Origin: an uncultured Candidatus Rokubacteria bacterium
GTDB lineage: Bacteria > Methylomirabilota > Methylomirabilia > Rokubacteriales > CSP1-6
Direction of reading: 5' to 3'
DNA: 64,000 nucleotides
Assembly: GCA_963789955.1 (NCBI GenBank)
Contig: CAWBMV010000034.1
Location: 512,001-576,000 of the forward strand
In this document: piece after piece, positions 12,384 to 25,763 of the stretch
Layout: each line of letters opens with the position of its first letter
How positions within the stretch are numbered: position 1 is the first letter of the stretch
Position numbers and translations under genes: made by a program
The notes under the pieces: model-generated
Database searches by the model: none
Told to the model about the DNA's origin: nothing
The model's input: the letters and a program-made list of their open reading frames with translations, nothing else

Positions 12384-12800
12384 ATGGTCGAGCACAGCAC
12401 GCAGGTGCAGATCCGGTGGAGCGACGTCGACCCGGCGGGGATCGTCTTCTACCCACGGTTCTTCGAGTGGTACGACCTCGGCTGTGAGGCGCTGTTCGCG
12501 TCGCTCGGACTGCCGTGGCCCGAGGCGTTTCCGAAGTACGACATCGTCGGCGTCCCCATCGTCGAATCCGGCTCGAAGTTCCTGAGCCCCGCCCGGTACG
12601 GCGACGTCCTCACGATCACATCGCAAGTCGCCTGGGTGCGGACGAAGACGTTCCGGATGGAGCACGAGATCGCCGTCGGCACGCGCCTCTGCTCGCAGGG
12701 CTTCGAGGTCCGCGCGTGGGTGGGCCGGCCGAAGACGGCGGGTGAGGCGCTGCACGCTCGCCCGATTCCCGACGACGTCCTCGCCCGACTTCGAGGGTGA
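12384..12800 (+). CDS. Acyl-CoA thioesterase (4-hydroxybenzoyl-CoA thioesterase/YbgC family)
   Basis: IRWSDVDPAGIVFYPRFFEW, PARYGD hot-dog fold motifs. Confidence 0.9.
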   Translation: MVEHSTQVQIRWSDVDPAGIVFYPRFFEWYDLGCEALFASLGLPWPEAFPKYDIVGVPIVESGSKFLSPARYGDVLTITSQVAWVRTKTFRMEHEIAVGTRLCSQGFEVRAWVGRPKTAGEALHARPIPDDVLARLRG

Positions 12801-13648
12801 CCGTCCGGGCCCGCGGCACGGCCCATGTATACTCGGGCCGCGTCGCGCGCGTCTCGGCGCAGGAGGTCACGGCGATGTCGGTCTCGCGGGGAGTGGAGTG
12901 GGGCGTCCTTCTCGGGATGCGCAAGGTCGAGACCGTCGAGCAGATGCCCGAAGAATACCGACAGGTCATCTTGAAGCTCCTCGCGGCAATCGCCTCCACC
13001 GAGTTCGCCTCCGTCGAGCAGCACCATCCGTGGATCAACAGGGGGCCGACGGCGGAAGATCGCTACATCCAGGCGCAGGTCGCCGCTGACGAGGCGCACC
13101 AGGGATTCATCGACTGTCGCCTGCTGCGCTCGTTCGGGCCCGAGGGACAGGCCGAGGCCGACGCCTTGCTACAGCGGCGCATGGGCGAGCACCCGATCGA
13201 TGCCTTCAACGTGCCGTTCGAGAGCTGGATCGACACGATCACGTTCTGCTTCACGATGGATCTGGTCGCCTGGTATCACCTGCGCGCGATGGAGAACTCG
13301 AGCTTCGCACCCTGGGCGCGCGAGATGACCACGATGGTCCACGAGGAGAAGTTCCACGCCTCGTTCGGGGCCCGCCGGGTGGCCGACGTCGTGCGGAACG
13401 CGGAGTATGCGCGCCTCTGCGGCGGAGGTCGCGACGAGGCGCAGCACGCGGTGAACAAGTGGTACCCGCGTGCGCTCGACACGTTCGGCAAATCGGAGTC
13501 GCGCTTCAGCGATCTCGCCGTGGCCTACGGCATCCGTCGCTGGGGCAACGCCGAGCTGCGCGGGATGTACAAGGACGACATCGACACTCAGATCCGCGGC
13601 CTCGGGCTCGAGGTGCCGCCCGAGGACCGCGGCCGCAAGATTTTCTAG
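12797..13648 (+). CDS. Ferritin-like aromatic-CoA epoxidase family protein (BoxB/PaaA-like); true start may be further downstream
   Basis: TEFASVEQ, DEAH, AFN..F.SW, EEKFH, WYPRALDTFG. Confidence 0.75.
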   Translation: MTVRARGTAHVYSGRVARVSAQEVTAMSVSRGVEWGVLLGMRKVETVEQMPEEYRQVILKLLAAIASTEFASVEQHHPWINRGPTAEDRYIQAQVAADEAHQGFIDCRLLRSFGPEGQAEADALLQRRMGEHPIDAFNVPFESWIDTITFCFTMDLVAWYHLRAMENSSFAPWAREMTTMVHEEKFHASFGARRVADVVRNAEYARLCGGGRDEAQHAVNKWYPRALDTFGKSESRFSDLAVAYGIRRWGNAELRGMYKDDIDTQIRGLGLEVPPEDRGRKIF

Positions 13649-13702
13649 GCTTCGCCGGCCTTTGCTAGAATCGCGCAACTCGTTCGGCAGGAGGACTCGA
13701 TC

Positions 13703-14881
13703 GTGCGAACAACCATGACACGCGCTGCTCTCGCGGGGATTCTCACCGCCCTCTTGGCCGCCGCCCCGGCGTCCGCCCAGACGGTGAAGATCGGCTTCAT
13801 CACCACCCTGTCGGGGCCGCAGGGCGCCATCGGCGAGCACATGAAGAACTCGGTCGAGCTGGCGCTCGATCATCTCGGCCGGAAGGTCGGGGGGCTCGAC
13901 GTCGAGGTGATCTACGGCGACGACCAGGTCAAGCCCGACGTCGGCAAGCAGCTCGCCGACGAGATGCTGAAGAAGCACAAGGTGAACTTCGTGTCCGGCG
14001 TCATCTGGTCGAACGTGATGCTGGCGGTGGCGCCCACGGTGACGAGCGCCGGCACGTTCATGATCGGCACCAACGCCGGGCCGCACGAGCTCGCCGGCAA
14101 GATGTGCAACGAGCTCTTCTTCACGACGTCGTGGCAGAACGACCAGACGCCCGAGGCGATGGGCAAGTACATGCAGGACCAGAACATCACCGACGTGTAC
14201 GCGATGGCGCCGAACTACGCGGCCGGCAAGGACATGGTCCACGGGTTCAAGCGCTACTTCAAGAACAAGATCGTCGGCGAGGTCTACACCCAGCTCGGGC
14301 AGCAGGACTATCAAGCCGAGATCAGCCAGCTCCGCGCCGCCAACCCGAAGGCCGTGTTCGTCTTCTATCCCGGCGGCATGGGCATCCAGTTCCTCAAGCA
14401 GTACGCCCAGGCCGGCCTGCGCGGCCAGATCCCGCTGTATTCCGTGTACACGGTCGACGAGATCTCGCTGCCCGCGGTGAAGGAAGCGGCGCTCGGCCAG
14501 TTCGAGACGCGCTACTGGAGCCCGGATCTGAAGAACGACGCGAACCAGAAGTACGTGGCGGACTACCGCAAGAAGTTCGGCAAGACGCCGTCGTTCTACG
14601 GCGCCCAGAGCTACGACGGGATCATGCTGATCGACTCGGCGGTCAAGGCCGTGAAGGGCGATCTCACGAACAAGAAGGGCATGATCGCGGCGATGCGTCA
14701 GGCCGACTACAAATCGACGCGCGGGCCGTACAAGTACAACGTGAACCACTTCCCGATCGAGAACTTCTACCTGCTGAAGGCCGTGCAGGATCCGGGCGGC
14801 GAGCTCGTGATGCAGATCCAGAAGACCGTCTTCGAGAACCACAAGGATTCCTACGCCGGCGAGTGCCTGATGAAGTGGTAG
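13703..14881 (+). CDS. Liv-type ABC transporter substrate-binding protein (aromatic-acid-binding clade likely)
   Basis: Signal peptide, KIGFITTLSGP, DDQVKPD, NAGP, SWQNDQ, APNYAAGKD; GGAGG RBS and TGCTAGAAT extended -10 upstream. Confidence 0.9.
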   Translation: MRTTMTRAALAGILTALLAAAPASAQTVKIGFITTLSGPQGAIGEHMKNSVELALDHLGRKVGGLDVEVIYGDDQVKPDVGKQLADEMLKKHKVNFVSGVIWSNVMLAVAPTVTSAGTFMIGTNAGPHELAGKMCNELFFTTSWQNDQTPEAMGKYMQDQNITDVYAMAPNYAAGKDMVHGFKRYFKNKIVGEVYTQLGQQDYQAEISQLRAANPKAVFVFYPGGMGIQFLKQYAQAGLRGQIPLYSVYTVDEISLPAVKEAALGQFETRYWSPDLKNDANQKYVADYRKKFGKTPSFYGAQSYDGIMLIDSAVKAVKGDLTNKKGMIAAMRQADYKSTRGPYKYNVNHFPIENFYLLKAVQDPGGELVMQIQKTVFENHKDSYAGECLMKW

Positions 14882-14906
14882 GGACGCGCGGCGTGGCGAC
14901 GATCGG

Positions 14907-14937
14907 GGGGCGCGGCCCGGCCGCGCCCCTTTTGTTT
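14907..14937 (+). terminator. Intrinsic terminator / stabilising hairpin after the binding-protein gene
   Basis: GGGGCGCGGC-CCG-GCCGCGCCCC followed by TTTTGTTT. Confidence 0.7.
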
Positions 14938-14951
14938 CGGCGGAGGCCGGG

Positions 14952-15884
14952 ATGACGATAAGCCCGGCGCTCGTGCTCGAGCAGACGCTCAACGGTCTGC
15001 AGTACGGCGTGATGCTCTTCCTGATGGCGGCCGGGCTGACCCTCGTCTTCGGCATCATGAATCTCGTCAACCTCGCCCACGGCTCGCTCTACATGGTCGG
15101 CGCCTATCTGGCGACGGCGCTCACGGAGCGGACGGGATCGTTCGTGCTCGGCGTCGCGCTCGCGCTGCCGGCGACTCTGCTGGTCGGCGTCGTCGTCGAG
15201 ATCGTGGCCCTGCGGACCTTGTACGAGCGCGACCACCTCGATCAGGTGCTCGCGACCTTCGGGCTGATCCTGTTCTTCAACGAGCTGGTCGCGATGATCT
15301 GGGGGCGCGCCGCGATCTTCACCAGCGTCCCGCCGTTCCTGAGCGGCCATTTCCGCGTGTTGCCCGGGCTGCCGTATCCCACCTATCGGGCGGCCATCAT
15401 TCTGGTCGGCGTCGCCGTGGCCGTGCTCCTCTGGGTCCTCGTCACGCGCACGCGTCTGGGCATGCGCATCCGCGCGGGTGCCAGCAACCGCACGATGATC
15501 GCAGCACTCGGCGTCGACATCCGGCTGCTCTACACCTTGGTCTTCGGTCTGGGCGCCGCGCTCGCCGGTCTCGCCGGCGCGATGGCCGGTCCGGTCTACT
15601 CGGTGCAGCCCGGGATGGGCGAGGGGATATTGATCCAGGTCTTCGTCGTCATCGTCATCGGCGGAATCGGCTCGATTCGCGGCGCCATCGTCGGCGCCCT
15701 CGTCGTCGGCATGGCCGACACGCTCGGCCGCGCGTTCCTGAAGCCGATGCTCGCGACGATGATCTCGCCTCCCGCCGCCGACAAGGCGGGGCCGGCGCTG
15801 GCCTCGATGTCGATCTATCTCTTGATGGCCGCGGTGTTGTTCTTCCGCCCGGAGGGATTGTTCCCGGCGCGGAGCCGCTCCTGA
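14952..15884 (+). CDS. livH: Branched-chain amino acid ABC permease, LivH-like
   Basis: GLTLVFGIMNLVNLAHG, TRLGMRIRA, VIVIGGIGS. Confidence 0.88.
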   Translation: MTISPALVLEQTLNGLQYGVMLFLMAAGLTLVFGIMNLVNLAHGSLYMVGAYLATALTERTGSFVLGVALALPATLLVGVVVEIVALRTLYERDHLDQVLATFGLILFFNELVAMIWGRAAIFTSVPPFLSGHFRVLPGLPYPTYRAAIILVGVAVAVLLWVLVTRTRLGMRIRAGASNRTMIAALGVDIRLLYTLVFGLGAALAGLAGAMAGPVYSVQPGMGEGILIQVFVVIVIGGIGSIRGAIVGALVVGMADTLGRAFLKPMLATMISPPAADKAGPALASMSIYLLMAAVLFFRPEGLFPARSRS

Positions 15885-16832
15885 TGAATCTCTCGCGCCG
15901 CACGATCGTCCTCGCCGCGGGCTGCCTGCTCCTGGCGCTCGTGCCCCCGATCGCGGCCCTCACCAATCAGCCGTTCTACCTCGATCTCTTCCGGCGCATG
16001 ATGATCTTCGCGATCGCCGCCGTCAGTCTCGACCTGATCCTCGGCTACGGCGGCATGGTGAGCTTCGGCCACGCGGCCTATCTCGGGCATCGGCGCCTAC
16101 GCGGTCGGCATCCCCGCGTTCCACGGACTCGGCAACGGGTGGCTCCAGTGGGGTCTGGCCATCGCGGCCTCGGCGCTGACCGCGCTGGTGATCGGCGCGA
16201 TCTCGCTCCGCACCAGCGGCGTCGCCTTCATCATGATCACGCTCGCCTTCGCGCAGATGCTCTACTACCTCGGCATCAGCCTCGAGACCTACGGCGGCGA
16301 CAACGGCATGCGGCTCGCGGGGCGCAGCGAATTCGGCGGCGTCATCGATCTCCGGCAGCCCGCGGTCTTCTACTACGTCGTGCTGGCGATTCTCGTCCTG
16401 CTGCTGGCGCTCGGCAGCCGGCTGGTCGCCTCGCGCTTCGGGATGGTGATCCGCGCGGCGAAGTCGAACGAGCCGCGCGCGCGGGCGATCGGCTTCTCGC
16501 CGTTCCGGTACAAGCTCACCGCCTTCGCCATCGCCGGCGGCGCGGGCGGCCTGGCCGGCGCGTTGCTCGCCAATCAGACCGAGTACCTGACGCCGGACTT
16601 CATGCACTGGACGCGGTCGGGCGAGATCATGTTCATGGTGATTCTCGGAGGCATGGGCACCTTGTTCGGGCCCGTGATCGGCGCGGTCGCGCTCCTGCTG
16701 CTCGAGGACGTGCTGTCCGCGCTGACCGTGCACTGGCAGATCATCCTGGGCCCGATCCTGATCCTGGTCGTGCTGTTCTCGAAGCGCGGCCTGTTCGGCC
16801 TCCTCGTCGGCGCCGAGGGGCCCGATGGCTGA
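15884..16832 (+). CDS. livM: Branched-chain amino acid ABC permease, LivM-like (frameshift near 16088)
   Basis: GYGGMVSFGHAAY (frame 15884) continues into FIMITLAFAQ, GGDNG, SRFG, VILGGMGT (16188..16832). Confidence 0.85.
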
Positions 16833-17577
16833 GACCTTGCTGGCGGTCCGCGGTCTCAGCAAGCGCTTCGGCGGCTTGCTCGCCAGCGACGCGATCGACC
16901 TCGACGTGGCGCGCGGCGAGACGCACGCGATCATCGGCCCCAACGGCGCGGGCAAGACGACGTTCATCGGCCAGCTCGCGGGCGACCTCCGCCCCGATTC
17001 GGGATCGATCCGCTTCGCCGAGCAGGACGTCACGAGGCTCGATGCGCCGCACCGCGCGCGGCGGGGACTGGCGCGCTCGTTCCAGGTCACGAGCATCTTT
17101 CGCGACTTCTCCGCTCTCGACAACGTCGCGCTCGCGGTGCAGGCGCACACGGGCCGGAGCTTTCGCTTCTGGCGGCCGGCGCGCGCCGAGTCGGCGCTCC
17201 GCGAGCCGGCGCGCGTCGCCCTCGAGTCGGTGGGGCTCGGCGCGCGCGTCCACGTCCGCGCGGCCGACCTGGCTCACGGCGAGCAGCGCCAGCTCGAGAT
17301 CGCGATGGCCCTGGCGACGGAGCCGCGTCTGCTCCTGCTCGACGAGCCGGTGGCCGGCATGGGGCTCGAAGAGTCCCAGCGCATGGTCCGTTTCCTCGCC
17401 ACGCTCAAGGGGCGCATCACGATCGTGCTCGTCGAGCACGATCTGGACGCGGTCTTCACCCTCGCCGACCGGATCTCGGTCATGGTCTACGGGCGCATCA
17501 TCGCGACCGGCGCGCCGGCGGAGATCCGCGGCAACGAGGACGTGCGCCGGGCCTATCTCGGCGAGGATCAGACGTGA
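16825..17577 (+). CDS. livG: ABC ATP-binding protein, LivG-like
   Basis: GPNGAGKTT, LLLLDEP, VEHD. Confidence 0.9.
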   Translation: MAETLLAVRGLSKRFGGLLASDAIDLDVARGETHAIIGPNGAGKTTFIGQLAGDLRPDSGSIRFAEQDVTRLDAPHRARRGLARSFQVTSIFRDFSALDNVALAVQAHTGRSFRFWRPARAESALREPARVALESVGLGARVHVRAADLAHGEQRQLEIAMALATEPRLLLLDEPVAGMGLEESQRMVRFLATLKGRITIVLVEHDLDAVFTLADRISVMVYGRIIATGAPAEIRGNEDVRRAYLGEDQT

Positions 17578-18278
17578 TGCTCGCCGTCGATTCGATCGAG
17601 ACGGCCTACGGCGTGAGCCAGGTCCTGTTCGGCGTGAGTCTCACGGTCGACTCGGGCGAAGTCGTGACGTTGCTCGGCCGTAACGGTATGGGCAAGACGA
17701 CGACGATCCGCTCGATCATGGGCATCGCGCCGCCGAGGGCCGGCTCGATCAGCTTCGGCGGCCGCGCGATTCACGGGCTGCCTCCCTACCAGATCGCGCA
17801 GGCCGGGCTCGGTCTGGTCCCGGAGGGCCGCCAGGTGTTCCCGAATCTCACCGTGCGGGAGAACCTCGTGGCCACGGCCGCGAACCGGACCGGCAGCGCT
17901 GCGCCCTGGCGGGTCGAGACCGTCTTCGAGCTGTTTCCGGAGCTCGCGGCGCGCGCGCGCATCCTCGGCGGCGCGCTCTCGGGCGGCGAGCAGCAGATGC
18001 TCGCGATCGGCCGCGCGCTGATGACCAATCCGCGCCTGCTCATTCTCGACGAGGCGACCGAAGGGCTCGCGCCGCTGGTTCGCGCCGAGATCTGGCGCTG
18101 CGTGGACGGGCTCAAGGTGCTAGGCCAATCGATCCTGATCATCGACAAGGACGTGGCGACCTTGACTCGGATCGCGACCCGGCACTACATCCTCGAGAAG
18201 GGACAGATCGTCTGGAGCGGGACGTCGGTCGAGCTCCGAGGCCGAGCGGACATTCGGCACCGATACCTCGGCGTATGA
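17574..18278 (+). CDS. livF: ABC ATP-binding protein, LivF-like
   Basis: GRNGMGKTT, VPEGRQVF, LSGGEQQMLAIGRAL, LDEATEGLAP. Confidence 0.9.
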   Translation: MMLAVDSIETAYGVSQVLFGVSLTVDSGEVVTLLGRNGMGKTTTIRSIMGIAPPRAGSISFGGRAIHGLPPYQIAQAGLGLVPEGRQVFPNLTVRENLVATAANRTGSAAPWRVETVFELFPELAARARILGGALSGGEQQMLAIGRALMTNPRLLILDEATEGLAPLVRAEIWRCVDGLKVLGQSILIIDKDVATLTRIATRHYILEKGQIVWSGTSVELRGRADIRHRYLGV

Positions 18279-18291
18279 GAGACTGCGTGGC

Positions 18292-19146
18292 GTGAGCTGG
18301 ATCGACCGCGCGTTTCCGACCTCCGCGACCCCGAGCGATCTGGTGGGCCGCGTGCTCGGGCTCAACCCCGGGATGATGACGGGGCCCGGCACCAACACCT
18401 ATCTCGTCGGCCGCCGCGATCCGATCCTCATCGACACCGGCGCCGGGGTCGCCGAGTACCCGCCGCTGCTCTCGCGCTATCTCGGCGAGCGCGGGTGGTC
18501 GCAGCCGTCACGGATCATCCTCACGCACCGCCACGCCGATCATCTCGGCGGCGTGTCCCAGCTCCGGGCGCGCTTCCGCGGGATTCACGTCTCGAAGATG
18601 ATCTTCCGTGACGCGTCGCTGCCGGAGTCGGTTCACGATCTTCGCGACGGCGAAAAGATCGAAGCCGACGGCGCCACGCTCATCGCCGTCCACACGCCCG
18701 GCCACGCGTCGGACCATCTCTGCTACTACCTCGTCGAGGAAAAGGCGCTGTTCACGGGCGACGTGGTCCTCGCCGGATCCACGACCGTGATCCCGGCCGG
18801 CGACGGAGATCTGCTGGACTACATGAGCTCGTTGAAGCGGCTCCAGGGGCTGGACGTTCGCCGGATCTACCCGGCGCACGGACCGGTCATCGAGGACGGT
18901 CCGGGGCGGATCCAGGAGTACATCGACCATCGCCTGATGCGCGAGCGCCAGATCCTCGGAGCGCTGGGCGACGGGCTGGCCACGATCCCGGAGATGGTCG
19001 CGAAGATCTACGCCGATGTCGTGCCCGCCCTGCACCCGATGGCGGCGCAGTCGGTCGAGTCACACCTGAAGAAGCTCGTGCGGGAAGGGCGCGTGCTCGA
19101 GACCGTCGTGCGCGACGCGCCGTCGCGCTGGCTGCTGGTGCGCTAG
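18292..19146 (+). CDS. Metallo-beta-lactamase-fold hydrolase (LACTB2-like)
   Basis: NPGMMTGPGTNTYL, THRHADH, TPGH, FTGD, PAHG. Confidence 0.9.
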   Translation: MSWIDRAFPTSATPSDLVGRVLGLNPGMMTGPGTNTYLVGRRDPILIDTGAGVAEYPPLLSRYLGERGWSQPSRIILTHRHADHLGGVSQLRARFRGIHVSKMIFRDASLPESVHDLRDGEKIEADGATLIAVHTPGHASDHLCYYLVEEKALFTGDVVLAGSTTVIPAGDGDLLDYMSSLKRLQGLDVRRIYPAHGPVIEDGPGRIQEYIDHRLMRERQILGALGDGLATIPEMVAKIYADVVPALHPMAAQSVESHLKKLVREGRVLETVVRDAPSRWLLVR

Positions 19147-19877
19147 GCGGTCTCTCGAGCCCGCTTCACGAGCGCGGCGAACAGGTTGAACGCCGCGCGG
19201 TCGTTGTCGACCAGCTCCTCCGGGTGCCACTGAACGCCGACGACGAACGCTCCGTCGTCCACGAGCTCGACACCCTCGACGATCGAATCGGGCGCCCACG
19301 CCACCTCCACGAGCCCCTGACCGAGCCGCTTGATCGCCTGATGATGGAAGCTGTTCACGTCGACCTCGAGCGCGCCCAGGATGCCGGCGAGCCGCGAGCC
19401 GTCGCGAACCTTCACCTGATGCGTCGGGATATGGCGCGCCTTGCCCTGGAGCCCGGTCTGGCTGTGATCGAGCGGCGAGCCCGGCTCGCTCGGGATGTCC
19501 TGGTAGAGGCTGCCCCCGAGCGCGACGTTCAATACTTGAAGACCGCGACAGACCGCGAGCAGGGGTACGCCCTCACCGAGCGCCCAGCGCGTGAGGTCGA
19601 TCTCGAGCGTGTCACGAGCCGTGGAGACTTCGGAGATGGTCGGATGCGGCGCCTCGCCGAATCGCGCCGGATCGACGTCGCCGCCCCCGGTCAATAGCAC
19701 CCCGCGGACGTGCTTCAAAATCTCCGCGCGCGCCGCCGGGCCGAGCTGGGGCGGCACCGGAACCGGGACGCCGCCGGCCTGCTGAATCGCGTTGAGATAC
19801 GAGGCGTTGACGTACGCGCGTTCCGGATATTTGTCGACAGTGACTGAAGTTGAGACCGCGATCAGGGGCGGATTCAT
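19143..19877 (-). CDS. Gamma-glutamyl-gamma-aminobutyrate hydrolase family (peptidase C26, PuuD-like)
   Basis: LTGGGDVDP, AVCRGLQVLNV, VNSFHHQ, GVQWHPE. Confidence 0.92.
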   Translation of the reverse strand: MNPPLIAVSTSVTVDKYPERAYVNASYLNAIQQAGGVPVPVPPQLGPAARAEILKHVRGVLLTGGGDVDPARFGEAPHPTISEVSTARDTLEIDLTRWALGEGVPLLAVCRGLQVLNVALGGSLYQDIPSEPGSPLDHSQTGLQGKARHIPTHQVKVRDGSRLAGILGALEVDVNSFHHQAIKRLGQGLVEVAWAPDSIVEGVELVDDGAFVVGVQWHPEELVDNDRAAFNLFAALVKRARETA

Positions 19878-19942
19878 CGTTCCCAGCGTAGCATGACGGG
19901 CCCCTTGGCTGGCGTCCCCCCGGCGAGTATCATTGCCGCACT

Positions 19943-21718
19943 ATGAGCCTAGACTCCGCGAGCTCCCAGCAGAAGGCGCCGGCCCACACTCCCACTTCGT
20001 CCCCCCAGGTGATCGGTACGCGCTGGGCAGTGGCCGCCGGCCACTTCTTGGCCTCCGAAGCCGGAGCGCGTGTGCTCGCCGCAGGCGGCAACGCGATCGA
20101 TGCGGGGGTCGCCGCCGGCATGACGCTCGGGGTCGTCCACTGCGACATGGTGAGCGTCGCAGGTGTGGCGCCGATCCTCGTGCACGTGGCGCGCACCGGT
20201 GAGACCTTTCAGGTCTCCGGAGTCGGCCCGTATCCGCGCGCGACGTCGGCCACGTACTTCCGCGAGCGGCACGGCGGCCAGATTCCGCCGGGCCTGCCGC
20301 GCACCGTCGTGCCGGCGGCGCCGTACGCGTGGTGCACGGCGCTGGAGCGCTGGGGGACGATGTCGTTTGCCGAGGTCGCGCTGGCCGCGACCGAGCACGC
20401 CGAGCGCGGCTTCGCGATCTCCCAGTTCACCGCCTACCAGATGGGCGCGAACGTCGACAAGTATCGCCGGTGGCCGTCGTCGGCGTCGCTCTACCTGCGC
20501 GAGAACCGCGCGCTCCGCATGGGCGAGGTGCTCGTGCAGCGCGAGCTCGGCGAGACCTTGCGCCGGATGGCGCGCGCCGAAGCGAAGGCGGGCGGCAGCC
20601 GCGAGGCGGGAATCCGGGCCGCGCGCGACGAGTTCTATCGCGGTGAGACCGCGAAGCGCATCGCCGAGTTCCATCGGACCGAGGGTGGCACCCTGGCGGC
20701 CGGCGACCTCGCCGATTTCGCCGTCGAGGTCGGCCCGGCGCTGCGGACGAGCTTCGGCCGCTACGAAGTCGCCGCGTGCGGCTTCTGGTGCCAGGGCCCG
20801 TCGTTGCTCCAGATGCTGAATCTGCTCGACGGCGTCGACCTCAAGGCCCTCGGCCACAATTCGCCGGCGTACCTGCACCGGATCATCGAGACGATCAAGC
20901 TCGCGTTCGCCGACCGCGATGCGTACTACGGCGACCCCAACTTCGTGAAGGTGCCCGCCGACGGGCTTCTCTCGAAGGCCTACGCCGCCGTGCGGCAGCG
21001 GCTCGTCAAGGAGCGCGCGTGGCCGCAGATGCCGCCCGCGGGCGATCCGGATCGTCTCGACAGCGTGCGGCGCCCGGAAGCGGCCATGCCGCTCGCCGGC
21101 GGCTCACATCCAGCGCCCGGCGAAGAGACCGACGCGCTCGACACGAGCTACGTCGCCGTGGTGGACGAAGCCGGCAACGGGTTCTCGGCCACGCCGAGCG
21201 ACCCGAACGTCGACTCGCCGGTCGTCGCCGGCGTCGGCTGCGTCGTGTCGCCGCGCGGCTCACAGGGCTGGCTCGATCCCAGAGCATCCGAGCGTCGTCG
21301 CGCCGGGTAAGCGGCCGCGCCTGACGCCGGCTCCGGCCATGGCGTTCACGGACGGCCGGCTCCTGATGCCGTTCGGCACGCCGGGCGGTGACGTCCAGCA
21401 GCAGGCGATGCTTCAGGTCTTCCTGAACTCCACCGTCTTCGGCATGGATCTGCAGGCCGCCATCGAGGCGCCCCGCGTCGCGTCGCGGAGCCATCCCGAT
21501 TCCTTCTGGCCGCACGCCGTATCGCCGGGCAAGGTCGAAGCCGAGCGCCGCATTCCGCGCGAGACGCTCGACGCGCTGGCGGCGCTGGGCCACACCGTCG
21601 CGCAGTGGCCGGAGTGGGAATGGCGCGCGGGTGCCGTGTGCGGCGTGAAGGTCGGATCGGAAGGCACGCGCTGGGCCGGCGCGGATCCGCGCCGCGGCGC
21701 CACGCGATCGGGCGCTAG
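19943..21718 (+). CDS. ggt: Gamma-glutamyltransferase family protein (frameshifts near 21285 and 21700)
   Basis: GGNAIDA, AFADRDAYYGDP, nucleophile site DTSY, FGTPGGDVQQQ, GADPRR. Confidence 0.88.
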
Positions 21719-21725
21719 CTCGAGC

Positions 21726-23009
21726 TCAGGAGACGGCGGGCGCGGGGCTCGCCGTCGGCGTCGGCCGCGAGGCCACCGGCTCTTCGCGAATCGCGAGGGC
21801 CAGGCCCGCGGCGATGAAGCCCATGATCGCCGCCGACACGAACGCGATCTCGTAGCCGCCGGTCCACTCGTAGATCCAGCCCGCCAGCGCCGCGCCGAGT
21901 GCCGAGCCCACCTGATGCGAGAAGAAGATCCAGCCGGAGAGCTCGCCGACCGAGTAGCGCCCGAAGATGTTCGCGGTGAGCGTCGTCGTCGGCGGCACCG
22001 TCGAGATGTAGTTCAGCCCGAAGATCGCGGCCCACAGGTGTAGCGAGGGCGCGTTCCAGACGTAGAGCAGGAACAGGAGCGAGACGCCGCGGAAGAAATA
22101 GTAGAAGGCCAGCGGCCCGCGCCGGCCGAATCGATCGCAGAGCCAGCCCGACGAGATCGTCCCGACCACGTTCATGGCGCCCATCACGCCGAGCGCCGTC
22201 GACGCCTGGAGCTCGCTGAAATTGTGCTCGAGCGCGTGAGGCATGAAGTGGGTGAGGACCATGCCATTGGACGTGTACCCGCAGACGAAGAACGTCGCCA
22301 TCAAGAGCCAGAACTGCGGAACGTACATCGCCTCCTGGATCCGGACGCGCTGAGATTTCTCGAGCGCCGCCGCCTGCGCCGCGGCGAGCGCCGTGCCGGT
22401 GGCGCCGTAGGGGCGCAGGCCACGCTCGGCGGGGTCGTCACGGATGAAGAACAGCGCGATCGGCAGCACGACGGCGAGGAGCGCGATGCCGAGCCAGAGA
22501 TAGCTCGTGCGCCAGCCGAACCAGATCGTCAGTACCGAGGCGAGCGGAATCATGACGAGCTGGCCCGCCGACATGCCGCCGGCCGAGATCCCGATGGCCA
22601 TGCCGCGCCGCGCCTCGAACCATCGGGCGGCCACGGTCGATCCGGTCGTCATCGAGGCGCCGCCGGCGCCGAGCGCCATGAGGAAGCCGGTCGTGACGTA
22701 CACGTGCCACAGTTTCTGCGTGTACGAGGCACCGATGGAGCCGATGCCCAGCAGGAGCAGCGAGACGATGACGATCCGCCGGGGACCCCAGCGATCGGCG
22801 AGGCGGCCTACCACAGGACCGGCGGCGCCGAGCAGGAGCAGCGAGATGGCCGCGGCGCCGGACAGGGCGCCCCGGCCCCAGCCGAACTCGGCCTCCATCG
22901 GTTTGATGTAGACACCGAAGACCGATCGGATGCCGGACGCCGCGAGCATACAGATGGTCACGGCACCCAGCACGATCCACGCCGGGTGCACGCGCCGGAT
23001 CGAGCTCAC
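21726..23009 (-). CDS. MFS transporter
   Basis: Motif [12 protein letters not shown] and [10 protein letters not shown]; about 12 TM segments; own GTG start 6 nt after a TATCCT -10 box. Confidence 0.88.
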   Translation of the reverse strand: MSSIRRVHPAWIVLGAVTICMLAASGIRSVFGVYIKPMEAEFGWGRGALSGAAAISLLLLGAAGPVVGRLADRWGPRRIVIVSLLLLGIGSIGASYTQKLWHVYVTTGFLMALGAGGASMTTGSTVAARWFEARRGMAIGISAGGMSAGQLVMIPLASVLTIWFGWRTSYLWLGIALLAVVLPIALFFIRDDPAERGLRPYGATGTALAAAQAAALEKSQRVRIQEAMYVPQFWLLMATFFVCGYTSNGMVLTHFMPHALEHNFSELQASTALGVMGAMNVVGTISSGWLCDRFGRRGPLAFYYFFRGVSLLFLLYVWNAPSLHLWAAIFGLNYISTVPPTTTLTANIFGRYSVGELSGWIFFSHQVGSALGAALAGWIYEWTGGYEIAFVSAAIMGFIAAGLALAIREEPVASRPTPTASPAPAVS

Positions 23010-23131
23010 CCGTTTAGGATACAGGCCCTCGGCGCGGGGATTCACCGATGACGGAATGGGGACGCGGCGAGCCGGGCGGCTGGCCGAGTGTACGCCAGAC
23101 GCCCAGCTCGGTTGTGAGCCGGCAACCGCGA

Positions 23132-25730
<2,599 letters not shown>

Positions 25731-25763
25731 TGCTCCGCTCTTCCTCTTTCTGAGATTGTCTCG

